Below are positions 16,769-25,875 of a DNA stretch of 64,000 nucleotides, in pieces; within the stretch, counting starts at the first letter, position 1, and the number at the start of each line of letters is the position of its first letter. A program made the translations under genes and the position numbers. The notes below the pieces were generated by a model. That model ran no database searches and had not been told where the DNA came from. It worked only from the letters and a program-made list of their open reading frames with translations. Source of the DNA: an uncultured Candidatus Peribacteria bacterium (lineage in GTDB: Bacteria > Patescibacteriota > Gracilibacteria > Peribacterales > Peribacteraceae); the NCBI GenBank assembly GCA_964641555.1, contig CAZXKA010000004.1, forward strand, positions 30,886 through 94,885. The letters run 5' to 3'.

Positions 16769-17590
16769 ATGCAGCTCACCCAAGCCGTTCTTCCGGTCGC
16801 CGGTCTCGGCACCCGATTCCTCCCGTGGACGAAGATCGTCCCCAAGGAATTGCTCCCGATCGGCACCATGCCGATCATCGCACTCCTCGTCGACGAGTGC
16901 TTGAGCGTGGGCATCAAAGAAATTTGCTTTGTCATCAGCACGGGAAAGGAAACGATCCCGAAATTCTTCGAGAATGACGAGGGCTTGAACGCAGTCTTGG
17001 AAAAAAAGAAGAAGCTGCACCTGCTCGATCGCCTGAAGCAGTACGACGAAGTGCACTTCCACACGGTCTACCAACACGAACAACTGGGCGACGGCCACGC
17101 CATCATGCAGGCGGCGGATTGGATCCGAAACGATCACGTCGCGATCCTTTTCGGCGACGACTTGATCGTCGGCGGCGATACGGGCTTGCAGCAGCTGACG
17201 ACCGCGATGAACACCGTTCCCGAGAGTGAACGTTCGACCGCCGCGGTGCTTGCGCTCGAGAACGTTCCGCGTGCAATGACCTCGCAGTACGGCATCGTGG
17301 ATCCTGCAAACCGCGACGGGCGATTGGTGCGGGTGAAAGGCTTGGTCGAAAAACCGAAGCCCGAAGACGCGCCCTCCACGCTCGGCATCGTCGGCAAATA
17401 CATCGTCCCGAAATCGACGTTCGATGTCCTCCCCTCGGTCACCAGCGGTCACGGCGGCGAGATCCGTCTCATCGACGCGCTGATCGCCCAGAAGGACCAA
17501 ATCGCGATCTATGGATGGGAATTCGACGGCAAGCGCCTCGATACCGGCCGGCCGGAAGGATACAAGGAGGCGGTGGAGATGTTGGGATAA
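16769..17590 (+). CDS. galU: UTP--glucose-1-phosphate uridylyltransferase
   Basis: MQLTQAVLPVAGLGTRFLPWTKIVPKELLPIG..., GalU signature. 273 aa. Confidence 0.93.
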   Translation: MQLTQAVLPVAGLGTRFLPWTKIVPKELLPIGTMPIIALLVDECLSVGIKEICFVISTGKETIPKFFENDEGLNAVLEKKKKLHLLDRLKQYDEVHFHTVYQHEQLGDGHAIMQAADWIRNDHVAILFGDDLIVGGDTGLQQLTTAMNTVPESERSTAAVLALENVPRAMTSQYGIVDPANRDGRLVRVKGLVEKPKPEDAPSTLGIVGKYIVPKSTFDVLPSVTSGHGGEIRLIDALIAQKDQIAIYGWEFDGKRLDTGRPEGYKEAVEMLG

Positions 17591-17656
17591 TCACTTTCCT
17601 GCCCGAAGTTCGCGCTCTAGCAACTCGATTTCATCCCGCAAATCAGCCGCTTTTTC
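17591..17656 (-). repeat. displaced, synonymously recoded copy of the last 21 codons + stop of uvrB
   Basis: The reverse strand reads GAA AAA GCG GCT GAT TTG CGG GAT GAA ATC GAG TTG CTA GAG CGC GAA CTT CGG GCA GGA AAG TGA, which translates to [21 protein letters not shown]. This is identical in protein to the real uvrB end (17699-17764) and in the same frame. Confidence 0.75.
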
Positions 17657-17698
17657 AACCCCTCGACTCGCTGCGCTCGCTCGGGATGACAGAAGGAA

Positions 17699-19687
17699 TT
17701 ATTTTCCAGCTCGGAGCTCTCGTTCCAACAATTCAATCTCGTCTCTTAAATCAGCAGCTTTCTCGAATTCTAAATTCTCCGCCGCGATTTCCATCTGGGC
17801 GTTGAGTTCCTTGATGAGCTTCTGCTTCTCGTCGCGCGGGATCTTCGTATGGTCGCGCTTGGGGCGGCGCAGTTCCAGCTTCCGCGATTCCTCGGCGATG
17901 TCGTGCACGGCCTTCTTGATCGATTGCGGCGTGATGCCGTGCTCTTTGTTGTAGGCCTCTTGGATCGTGCGGCGGCGGTTCGTCTCGTCGATCGCCCCGC
18001 GCATCGCGTCGGTCATTTTATCGGCGTACAGCGTCACGTGGCCGTTCACGTTGCGGGCCGCGCGGCCGATCGTCTGGATGAGGGCGTCGCGCGAGCGGAG
18101 GAAGCCCTGTTTGTCGGCGTCGAGGATGGCGATGAAGCTCACTTCCGGCAGGTCCAAGCCTTCGCGGAGGAGGTTGATGCCCACGAGGATGTCGATTTCG
18201 CCGGTGCGCAGTTTGCGGAGGATCTCGATGCGATCGAGCGTCTCGACGTCGCTGTGGAGATACTGCACCTTGTAGCCTTTGTCGTCGAAGAACTTCGTGA
18301 GGTCTTCGGCCATGCGCTTCGTGAGCGTCGTGAGGAGCACGCGCTCGCCGCGTTTCACCGTTTGGTCGATCTCCAGCTGGATGTCCTGGATCTGCCCCTT
18401 CGTCGGCTTCACCGTCACCGGCGGATCGAGCAGGCCCGTCGGGCGGATGATCTGCTCGGCGAAGAATTCCTTGGGCGTGTGTTCGTACTCGTACTTGCCG
18501 GGCGTCGCGGATACATAGACGCGCTGGGGACAGCGCTCTTCGAATTCGCCGAAGCGCAGCGGCCGGTTGTCATGGCTGCTCGGCAACCGGAAGCCGTAAT
18601 CGATGAGCGTCTGCTTGCGGCTCTTGTTCCCCTCGCTCATGCCGCCGACTTGCGGAATCGAAATGTGCGATTCGTCGATGAGAATGAGGAAATCCTTGGG
18701 GAAGTAATCGAGCAGCGTGCTCGGGGGCGAATCGGGCGGCGTTCCTTCGAGGTAGCGCACGTAGTTCTCGATGCCCGTGCAGTAACCGGTCTCCTTGAGC
18801 ATCTCGACGTCGTACTCCGTCCGCATGCGGATGCGCTCGGCCTTCGCCAGTTCGCCCGCCTTGAGCAATTCGTCTTCGCGAATCTTCAGCTCGGCCAAAA
18901 TACCCTCCACCGCGCGATCGACTTTTTCTTTCGTGGTCACGTTGTGACTGGCGGGGAAGATCATCACCTCCTGCAGTTCATGGATAATCTCGCCCGTGAA
19001 GGCGTCGACCTCTTGAATGGTGTCGACCTCCTCGAATGGCATCTCGATGCGGATAACGGTATCGCCGTTGGGCGGGAACACTTCGACCGTGTCGCCGAGC
19101 ACGTGGACCATGCCCTGCTTGAATTCCATGTTCGACCGCTTGTACTGGATGTCGGTGAGGCGCCGCAAAAATTTGTCGCGCTGCACGGCCTCGCCGCGGG
19201 TCACCTTGATGGCCAGCGCCTCGTAGTCCTGCACGTTGCCGAGACCGTAGATGCAGCTGACGGACGCGACGATGAGCACGTCGCGGCGCGTGAGCAGGTT
19301 GAACGTCGCGGCGTGGCGGTACTTCTCGATCTCCTCGTTGATCGACGCGTCTTTCTCGATGTACGTATCGGTGTGCGGCACGTACGCCTCCGGTTGGTAG
19401 TAGTCGTAGTAGGAGACGAAGTACGACACCGCGTTCTCGGGGAAGAACATCTGGAACTCGGAGCACAGCTGCGCCGCGAGCGTCTTGTTGTGCGCGAGCA
19501 CGAGCGTCGGCCGCTGCACGCGCTGAATGATGTTCGCCATCGTGAACGTCTTGCCCGTACCCGTGGCACCCAGGAGCGTTTGATGCTTTTGGCCACTCTG
19601 CACGCCTTTCACCAACTGTTCGATGGCCTTGGGTTGATCCCCGGTCGGTTCGAACTGCGATTGGAGCTTGAACGGAAGCTGTTTCAT
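17699..19687 (-). CDS. uvrB: excinuclease ABC subunit B
   Basis: [33 protein letters not shown], helicase motifs, C-terminal UVR coiled coil. ATG 19687 chosen within ORF 17699-19729. Confidence 0.97.
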   Translation of the reverse strand: MKQLPFKLQSQFEPTGDQPKAIEQLVKGVQSGQKHQTLLGATGTGKTFTMANIIQRVQRPTLVLAHNKTLAAQLCSEFQMFFPENAVSYFVSYYDYYQPEAYVPHTDTYIEKDASINEEIEKYRHAATFNLLTRRDVLIVASVSCIYGLGNVQDYEALAIKVTRGEAVQRDKFLRRLTDIQYKRSNMEFKQGMVHVLGDTVEVFPPNGDTVIRIEMPFEEVDTIQEVDAFTGEIIHELQEVMIFPASHNVTTKEKVDRAVEGILAELKIREDELLKAGELAKAERIRMRTEYDVEMLKETGYCTGIENYVRYLEGTPPDSPPSTLLDYFPKDFLILIDESHISIPQVGGMSEGNKSRKQTLIDYGFRLPSSHDNRPLRFGEFEERCPQRVYVSATPGKYEYEHTPKEFFAEQIIRPTGLLDPPVTVKPTKGQIQDIQLEIDQTVKRGERVLLTTLTKRMAEDLTKFFDDKGYKVQYLHSDVETLDRIEILRKLRTGEIDILVGINLLREGLDLPEVSFIAILDADKQGFLRSRDALIQTIGRAARNVNGHVTLYADKMTDAMRGAIDETNRRRTIQEAYNKEHGITPQSIKKAVHDIAEESRKLELRRPKRDHTKIPRDEKQKLIKELNAQMEIAAENLEFEKAADLRDEIELLERELRAGK

Positions 19688-19728
19688 GGGAAGACTCGGT
19701 ATTGTAGCGCACGCGCGCCTATGCTCCA

Positions 19729-20409
19729 ATGGGGAACCCCATGAACTGGAACGGATCCTCTAACGGCTTTCCTCCGGAAGAAGCGATGGCCAGCGACGTC
19801 GGCGAGGCATGGGAGCGGCTGCATGCGGCAGTCGTGGAGCAATTGGTCGCGCACGAAGAACACGCCCGACGGCGCGAAGCCATTCGTCGATCCACCGCCG
19901 GCGAACTATTTCTCGCGTTCACGAAGAACGATCTGGATGAGACAGTGGAGCTTGATCGCAGGCTCTGCACGCGTGAAGTCAACGATGCCCTGGAACTCGA
20001 AGTAGCTATCGGATCCGAAGAGTTGGCCGCCGCGCTGAACGCGTTGCAGGACGAAGCGCGAGAAGCGATCGCGCGATTCCTGGTGTGGGGATTCCTGCGC
20101 GAAGAGTATAAAAAACACTATCCGGACGATGAGGCGCAAACGGACGACGGCGTAGAGGAGGAAGACGAAGAAGACTCGTGGGAAAATTCCAACGACTTTC
20201 CGTGGGAAGACGGCATGGGATTCGACGATGAATCGTGGAGAGACGACGAGCATCCTTCGCAAGAAGACGACGAGGATCGCGGATTGGAATTCGATCCGCA
20301 CCTTCTGCAACTCGTCATCAATTCCGTTCAGAATCTCGAGTCGATCTACCGCGCGATCGTCGAACGGCGCGTTCATCCGGACGATTCGCAAAGAATTTCC
20401 CAACAATGA
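19729..20409 (+). CDS. acidic hypothetical protein
   Basis: 226-aa ORF with a very acidic middle ([37 protein letters not shown]). GC3-rich. Start uncertain (19729, 19741 or 19786). Confidence 0.65.
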   Translation: MGNPMNWNGSSNGFPPEEAMASDVGEAWERLHAAVVEQLVAHEEHARRREAIRRSTAGELFLAFTKNDLDETVELDRRLCTREVNDALELEVAIGSEELAAALNALQDEAREAIARFLVWGFLREEYKKHYPDDEAQTDDGVEEEDEEDSWENSNDFPWEDGMGFDDESWRDDEHPSQEDDEDRGLEFDPHLLQLVINSVQNLESIYRAIVERRVHPDDSQRISQQ

Positions 20410-20412
20410 TCC

Positions 20413-20928
20413 ATGCCCTACACGCCCGACAATCCGCAGCGACACGAAGACGAATCGGAGGCGTCTCGGATGTTCGAAACCGCGTGCGTGCGCATCTACC
20501 AGCATTGTCGAGATTTCAGCACGACACTCCAATCGCTCACGCGCAAGCAAGATGCGGGAAGCCTGCGTGATTTGAGTGAACTGGCGGACAACGTCTCCAT
20601 CTCGATCACAAGGCTACAAAATACACTCCAGCTCAGCATCAGCATCCTCGTACGATCGCGCGTCCTCTCCAAAGAATTTCCCGACCTAAAACATTTCCAT
20701 ACTGAAAACGACGTCGTGGAAATGGCGCCGATGGTCGTGCAACAAGTATTTGCTGCGTTGACCGACGGCGAGCGTGATTCGATTGCAGATTGCGTCGTGC
20801 CGTATTTTCGATCGAAGACGGAATTTGAACTGGAGAGCGAAGGACGATTCGACGAAGTGGTGCCGATGATGGCACTCTTCGATGATCTGCACGCCCAAAT
20901 AATAGAGGGTACACTACGAGACGTATGA
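20413..20928 (+). CDS. hypothetical protein (171 aa)
   Basis: Begins 3 nt after the previous stop and overlaps the serS start by ATGA. Second half is visibly lower in GC. Confidence 0.65.
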   Translation: MPYTPDNPQRHEDESEASRMFETACVRIYQHCRDFSTTLQSLTRKQDAGSLRDLSELADNVSISITRLQNTLQLSISILVRSRVLSKEFPDLKHFHTENDVVEMAPMVVQQVFAALTDGERDSIADCVVPYFRSKTEFELESEGRFDEVVPMMALFDDLHAQIIEGTLRDV

Positions 20929-22235
20929 TCGACCTCCACGATCTCCGCGCCCGGCCCGACGCCTACGTTGCGGCCGCAGAGAACAAGCACGTCAACGTGG
21001 ATGTGCTCGCATTCCTGAAACTCGACGAAGAGCGCCGCGAGCTGATTCAGCACGTGGAGGCGATGCGCAACGAGAAGAACGGCGTGAGCAAAGCGGTGCC
21101 GACGATGCAGGGACCGGAAAAAGAGAAGGCGATCGCGGACATGAAGGCGCTCGGCGAAAAGCTGAAGGCGCAGGAGGAGAAGCTGAAAACGACGGAAGAG
21201 GAGTGGTCGAAGACGTTGCTCCTGATCCCGAACCTGCCACTGCCCCATGTGCCCGTCGGTCACAGCGAGGAAGAGAACGTCGTCATTCGCGAAGTGGGGA
21301 CGAAGCCGTCGTTCGACTTTCCCGTGAAAGACCACATGGCGCTCGGTACCGCGCTCGGCATCATCGACGTCGAGAAGGCGTCGGTCGTCAGCGGCAGCCG
21401 GTTCGCGTACCTGAAGGGCGACGCCGTGCGATTACAAATGGCGCTCATCCAGCTGACGTTCGACACGCTCGGCGACGAGAAGATCCTGAAGACGATCGCG
21501 AAGGACGCGGGCCTCGACGTCCCGACGAAGCCGTTCGTCCCCATGCTCCCGCCGGTGATGATGCGCCGCGACGTCATGGACCGGATGGACCGCCTGCAGC
21601 CCGAAGACCAGCGCTACCTGTTGCCCGAAGACGGCCTCGTGCTCGTGGGCTCCGCGGAGCACACGATGGGACCGTATTACATGGAAGAAACGATTCCGGA
21701 GGAGAGTCTTCCGATCCGCTACGTCGGCTATTCGTCGGCGTTCCGCCGCGAAGCGGGGACCTACGGCAAAGACATGGGCGGCATCCTGCGCGTCCACCAG
21801 TTCGATAAGTTGGAAATGGAATCGTTCGCGACGGTCGAGACCGGCGCCGACGAGCAGCGCTTTATCGTCGCGATCCAGGAATATCTAGTGCAGCAACTCG
21901 AGGTCCCGTACCGCGTGCTGCAGAAGTGCACCTACGACATCGGCAAGCCGAACGCCAATGGCCTCGACATCGACTGCTGGATACCGTCGCAGAACACCTA
22001 CCGCGAGACGCACACCAGCGACTACATGACCGACTACCAAGCGCGCCGCCTCGGCACGTTCTACAAAGGCGCAGGCGGCAAGAAATTGGTGCACATGAAC
22101 GACGCCACGGCCTTTGCCATCGGCCGCATGCTCATCGCGATCCTCGAGAACCACCAGCAGAAAGACGGCAGCGTGACGATCCCGAAGGCGTTGCAGAAGT
22201 ACATGGGAGGGCAAAAATCAATCGTTGCGCGATGA
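20925..22235 (+). CDS. serS: serine--tRNA ligase
   Basis: 436 aa. N-terminal coiled coil MIDLHDLRARPD... and class II core (FRREAGTYGKDMGGILRVHQFDKLE). Confidence 0.97.
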   Translation: MIDLHDLRARPDAYVAAAENKHVNVDVLAFLKLDEERRELIQHVEAMRNEKNGVSKAVPTMQGPEKEKAIADMKALGEKLKAQEEKLKTTEEEWSKTLLLIPNLPLPHVPVGHSEEENVVIREVGTKPSFDFPVKDHMALGTALGIIDVEKASVVSGSRFAYLKGDAVRLQMALIQLTFDTLGDEKILKTIAKDAGLDVPTKPFVPMLPPVMMRRDVMDRMDRLQPEDQRYLLPEDGLVLVGSAEHTMGPYYMEETIPEESLPIRYVGYSSAFRREAGTYGKDMGGILRVHQFDKLEMESFATVETGADEQRFIVAIQEYLVQQLEVPYRVLQKCTYDIGKPNANGLDIDCWIPSQNTYRETHTSDYMTDYQARRLGTFYKGAGGKKLVHMNDATAFAIGRMLIAILENHQQKDGSVTIPKALQKYMGGQKSIVAR

Positions 22236-22618
22236 CCGACCCCCTCTTCCTCATCGCCGACGACAGCCCGCAGAAGATCGATTTCCTACTGAAGACGATC
22301 CACGCCGAGGAATGGGACATCGAAGTCGCGACGGCGGCGACGAGCGAAGAAGCGCACGAGATCATGAAGCGCCGCCGGGTCGATTTCGCGTTCGTCGATT
22401 ACTACATCCCGAACCGCAACGGACCGTGGATCATCGCGCGGCTGAAAGATCGGAATCCGAACGCACGGGTAGCGTTGGTCAGCAGTAGCAAACGCCTGGA
22501 GAATTTCGCACAAGCGACGGCGGCGGGAGCGGAAACATGCATCTGCGTCAGCGATCCGGCGCACGTCGTGACGACGCAGCTATCGACATTATTACAACAA
22601 TGGAAAGACAATGATTAG
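22232..22618 (+). CDS. stand-alone response-regulator receiver domain
   Basis: 128 aa from ATG 22232 (ATGA overlap with serS). LFLIADDSPQ, FAFVDYYIPNRNG, VALVSSS. The conserved Lys-Pro position is unclear (CVSDP). Confidence 0.8.
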   Translation: MTDPLFLIADDSPQKIDFLLKTIHAEEWDIEVATAATSEEAHEIMKRRRVDFAFVDYYIPNRNGPWIIARLKDRNPNARVALVSSSKRLENFAQATAAGAETCICVSDPAHVVTTQLSTLLQQWKDND

Positions 22619-22664
22619 AACGCCCAGCGTGCCCATTCGTGGGCGCGCTGTAGCGCACGTAGCG

Positions 22665-24722
22665 TTAAAGGGTTGCCACCGCCCGGCCGTGCGCCTGTTC
22701 CAGGAACGCCCGCCAGATCGGCGCGGCGACGGTGAGGCCGTCCGCCGTCGGTTCCAGGGGCGCGTTGTCGGCGTTCCCCACCCACACGCCCACCACCATC
22801 CGGTCGTCGTACCCGACGGTCCAGACGTTGTTCACGCCGTACTTGAGGCACCGCCCCATCGCGCTACGGCGCAGGCACACGTTGCTCGTGCCGGTCTTCG
22901 CGCCCGTCGCGATGCCGGGGATCGTGAGCATGTTCCGCCAGAATCCTTTGGGGCGCGTCAGCGGATCGTGGAGAATCTCGTCGATCTCTCCGGCGGCGTA
23001 CGGATCGATCGCCCGGAACCCCGGCTCTTCGGGGATCTGCAACAGCACGTCGCCTGCGCGGTCATCGATCCGATCGACCGTCCGGAGCGGCCGATAGACT
23101 CCGCCCTCGGCGATCGTCGCGTAGGCCTGCACCAATTCAAGCAAGGGAACTTCCGCCGAGCCGATCGCCATCGGCCACCCGAACGAAAACCACGGATCGA
23201 TTTCCCGTTCGCGTTTCGCGACACGCAGCGGCGTCGACACGCCCATCGCGGCCGCGACCTGCAGGACGGATTCTTCGCCGCCCGCGCGGAAAAACGACCG
23301 GATCGCGGGGAGGTTCCGCGATTGCCCAAGTGCGTTCTTGACGCGCATCCAGCCGCGGAACCCGCCGTCGTAGTTCTTGGGATTGCCGATCTGCGGCAGG
23401 GGACCGTCGAGGATGAACGTGCCGGAATTCGTCCCGTTCGCGTTCAGATCGGCCGCATACACGACGGGCTTGATCGCGGAACCGGTCTGCCTCGGGGACG
23501 ACGCCATGTCGACCGCGCCGGCATCGGGATCGTCGTAATCGACGTTGCCGACGTACGCCAAGACCTCGCGCGTGTCGCGGTCGATCGCGACGAGGGCCGC
23601 GTGCCGCGCTCCGGATTTCCAGAGCAGCTCGCGCGCGTCCAGCACCGTTTGCTCCGCCACGCGCTGCAGCTCGGGATCGAGCGTCGTCCGCACGCGCATG
23701 CCCGATCGCACCCACGCGTCGCCGTCGCCCAACTCCGTCAGCAACCCTTCCACGTCTTGGCGAATCGCTTCCACGAAGTGCGGCGCCGCGCGGGGCTGCA
23801 CGGTTTTTTCGAGCGTCATGCGACGGATCGAGAGCGTTGCGAGCGCCATCTGTTCTTTTGAAATCATTCCTTGGTCGTGCATCGCAGCAAGAACGGTCTC
23901 CGCGCGCCCACCGACCCATCGCGGCCCATCCGGTGTCGACACCGAGCGCCCCAGCAAGCTGCCGCGAATATCGCCGTCTTCGATGGACGCGGCTTCGGCG
24001 GTTCCCTGCCTGAGGGCGTTCATCAAGTCGTGATCGATCACGGTGCGCATGCGGACGGGATCCGTGTAGACGCTCGGCCGTTGGGGGATCGCCGCCAACG
24101 CGGCCGATTGCGCGAGCGTGAGCTCCGCGGCCGAAACGCCGAAGTACGCCTGCGCTGCGCGTTCGGCTCCGTAGAGCGTCCCGCCGAAGGGTACGCGATT
24201 GATGTACAAGGTCAGTATTTCGTCTTTCGTGTACATCCGCTCCATGCGGCACGCAAGGGCCGCTTCGCGGATTTTGCGGCGGATCGTTTTTTCGGGCGAC
24301 AGGTACACCGCCCGCACGAGCTGCTGCGTGATCGTGGATCCGCCCTGCACCTGCTGCCCCGTCCGCATGTTCTCGCCGAACGCCCGCGCGATGCCGACAA
24401 GATCGACGCAGAGCCGGCGCTCGAAGAACCGTTCGTCCTCGATCGCGACGATCGCCGATCGCAGGTACGGCGAGATTGCCGACGTATCGAGCATGATGCG
24501 ATCTTCATCGCCGTACATTCGGTACAACGACTCGCCGGTTCGATCTTGGATTTCCACGCTCTGGCGGTAGCGCAACATCGCCGGATCCAACTCCGGCAGA
24601 TCCGCGAGGACGTTCTGCAATACTCCCGCGACGCACGATACGATCACGAGGCCGAGCGCGACGCCGGCATGAACGCCGTGCCGCGCGGAGAAACGCCGGA
24701 AATCTGCGGATGAATGCGGCAT
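22665..24722 (-). CDS. class A penicillin-binding protein (PBP1A-type transglycosylase/transpeptidase)
   Basis: GT51 motifs AIVAIEDERFF and GGSTITQQL. Transpeptidase motifs SAIKP and KTGTSN. N-terminal TM helix. ORF extends to 24737; ATG 24722 was preferred because a TACAAT overlaps the upstream ATG. Confidence 0.93.
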   Translation of the reverse strand: MPHSSADFRRFSARHGVHAGVALGLVIVSCVAGVLQNVLADLPELDPAMLRYRQSVEIQDRTGESLYRMYGDEDRIMLDTSAISPYLRSAIVAIEDERFFERRLCVDLVGIARAFGENMRTGQQVQGGSTITQQLVRAVYLSPEKTIRRKIREAALACRMERMYTKDEILTLYINRVPFGGTLYGAERAAQAYFGVSAAELTLAQSAALAAIPQRPSVYTDPVRMRTVIDHDLMNALRQGTAEAASIEDGDIRGSLLGRSVSTPDGPRWVGGRAETVLAAMHDQGMISKEQMALATLSIRRMTLEKTVQPRAAPHFVEAIRQDVEGLLTELGDGDAWVRSGMRVRTTLDPELQRVAEQTVLDARELLWKSGARHAALVAIDRDTREVLAYVGNVDYDDPDAGAVDMASSPRQTGSAIKPVVYAADLNANGTNSGTFILDGPLPQIGNPKNYDGGFRGWMRVKNALGQSRNLPAIRSFFRAGGEESVLQVAAAMGVSTPLRVAKREREIDPWFSFGWPMAIGSAEVPLLELVQAYATIAEGGVYRPLRTVDRIDDRAGDVLLQIPEEPGFRAIDPYAAGEIDEILHDPLTRPKGFWRNMLTIPGIATGAKTGTSNVCLRRSAMGRCLKYGVNNVWTVGYDDRMVVGVWVGNADNAPLEPTADGLTVAAPIWRAFLEQAHGRAVATL

Positions 24723-24754
24723 GGGAAAAGGGCTCATTGTACACTGCCCGTGTC

Positions 24755-25873
24755 ATGAACATCCTCTTCACCCGTTTTCCGCTCGAATCGATCCTCAACG
24801 GGGGCGCGGAACGGCAGGTGATCAGCCTGGCGACGGGGTTGGCGGAACGCGGCCACGCGGTAGCGTTCGCGGGCAGTTGCACCACCCTGGGACCGGCATG
24901 GAAAGAGGCGCATCTTCCGGTCGTCGATCTGGACATCGGCCCGCCGCCGGTGTCGAAAGCCGCCATCGCGCGGTTCGCCGTCCGCAAAGCCGCCATGCGC
25001 AAAGCGTTGGAAGCAATGCTCGCCGGCTTCAAGAAGCTCGACGTCATCGTCATGCTCAGTCTCAGCGAGAAATTGCTGCTGACCGACATTGCTGCGAAGC
25101 GCGGCATTCGTGTGATCTGGATCGAGCACGATCCCGTCGGCCGCTGGCTCACGAAGAATCCGTGGCTGAAACTGCTGAAAAAGCAGAGTGAACTCGCGAC
25201 GACCGTCACCGTTTCGCCGCTCAGCCGTATCCAGTATTTGGAGATGGATTGGAATCCCAAGAAGACCGTCGCGATTCCCAATGGCATTGCTGACGCATGG
25301 TTTACACAAAACACAAAAACTACCCGCTACCCTCTACCCGCTACCCGTTCGCTGCATCTCGGATGCGTCGCACGTCTCGCCGAAGAGAAAGGCGTCGATG
25401 TCTTAATACGCGCGATCGCCGACGTGCCCCATACGACACTCGATCTTATCGGGGACGGACCGGAACGTTCCGCGCTCGAACGGCAGGTGCGGCAGTTGGG
25501 GCTCGACCACCGCGTGCGGTTCCTCGGGCGGACGGACGACATGGCGCACGTGTACCGCGTGATCGACGCGCTCGTCTTGCCATCACGCTCGATCGACCCA
25601 TTCGGCATGGTCGTGGCGGAGGCGATGGCGATGGGTGTGCCGTGCCTCGTCACCGACGCCTGCGGGATTGCGTCTTGCCTCGAAGCGGCGAGGGATGTCC
25701 TGGTGGTACAACGAGACAACGTCCGGGCGATGACAAGGGGCATCCAAGAGCTGCACGAAGCCGAAAAGCGCGACTTGCTCGCGGAGAACGGCCGGAGAGC
25801 GGCGAAACAACATTTCACGGTTTTGACCATGGTCGATCGGTACGAACATCTGTTCACTGGGAAGACCCAGTGA
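24755..25873 (+). CDS. glycosyltransferase family 4 (GT-B)
   Basis: MNILFTRFPLESILNGGAERQVISLATGLAERGHAV..., with C-terminal EPFGMVVAEAMAMGVP-type motif. Confidence 0.9.
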   Translation: MNILFTRFPLESILNGGAERQVISLATGLAERGHAVAFAGSCTTLGPAWKEAHLPVVDLDIGPPPVSKAAIARFAVRKAAMRKALEAMLAGFKKLDVIVMLSLSEKLLLTDIAAKRGIRVIWIEHDPVGRWLTKNPWLKLLKKQSELATTVTVSPLSRIQYLEMDWNPKKTVAIPNGIADAWFTQNTKTTRYPLPATRSLHLGCVARLAEEKGVDVLIRAIADVPHTTLDLIGDGPERSALERQVRQLGLDHRVRFLGRTDDMAHVYRVIDALVLPSRSIDPFGMVVAEAMAMGVPCLVTDACGIASCLEAARDVLVVQRDNVRAMTRGIQELHEAEKRDLLAENGRRAAKQHFTVLTMVDRYEHLFTGKTQ

Positions 25874-25875
25874 TC

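Noticed and set aside
17591-17701. Stop-codon reassignment or readthrough as an explanation for the in-frame uvrB tail duplicate, and an alternative genetic code for the window in general.
   Set aside because: TAA, TAG and TGA all terminate conserved genes at their expected lengths here (TGA for dnaJ, TAG for zwf, TAA for comM and galU). The standard bacterial code fits. Readthrough remains only a formal possibility.
22626-22651. Hairpin CAGCGTGCCCA-TTCG-TGGGCGCGCTG between the receiver gene and the PBP gene, considered as a terminator.
   Set aside because: There is no T tract on either strand. It may still act as a hairpin barrier, but the support is too weak to list it as a terminator.
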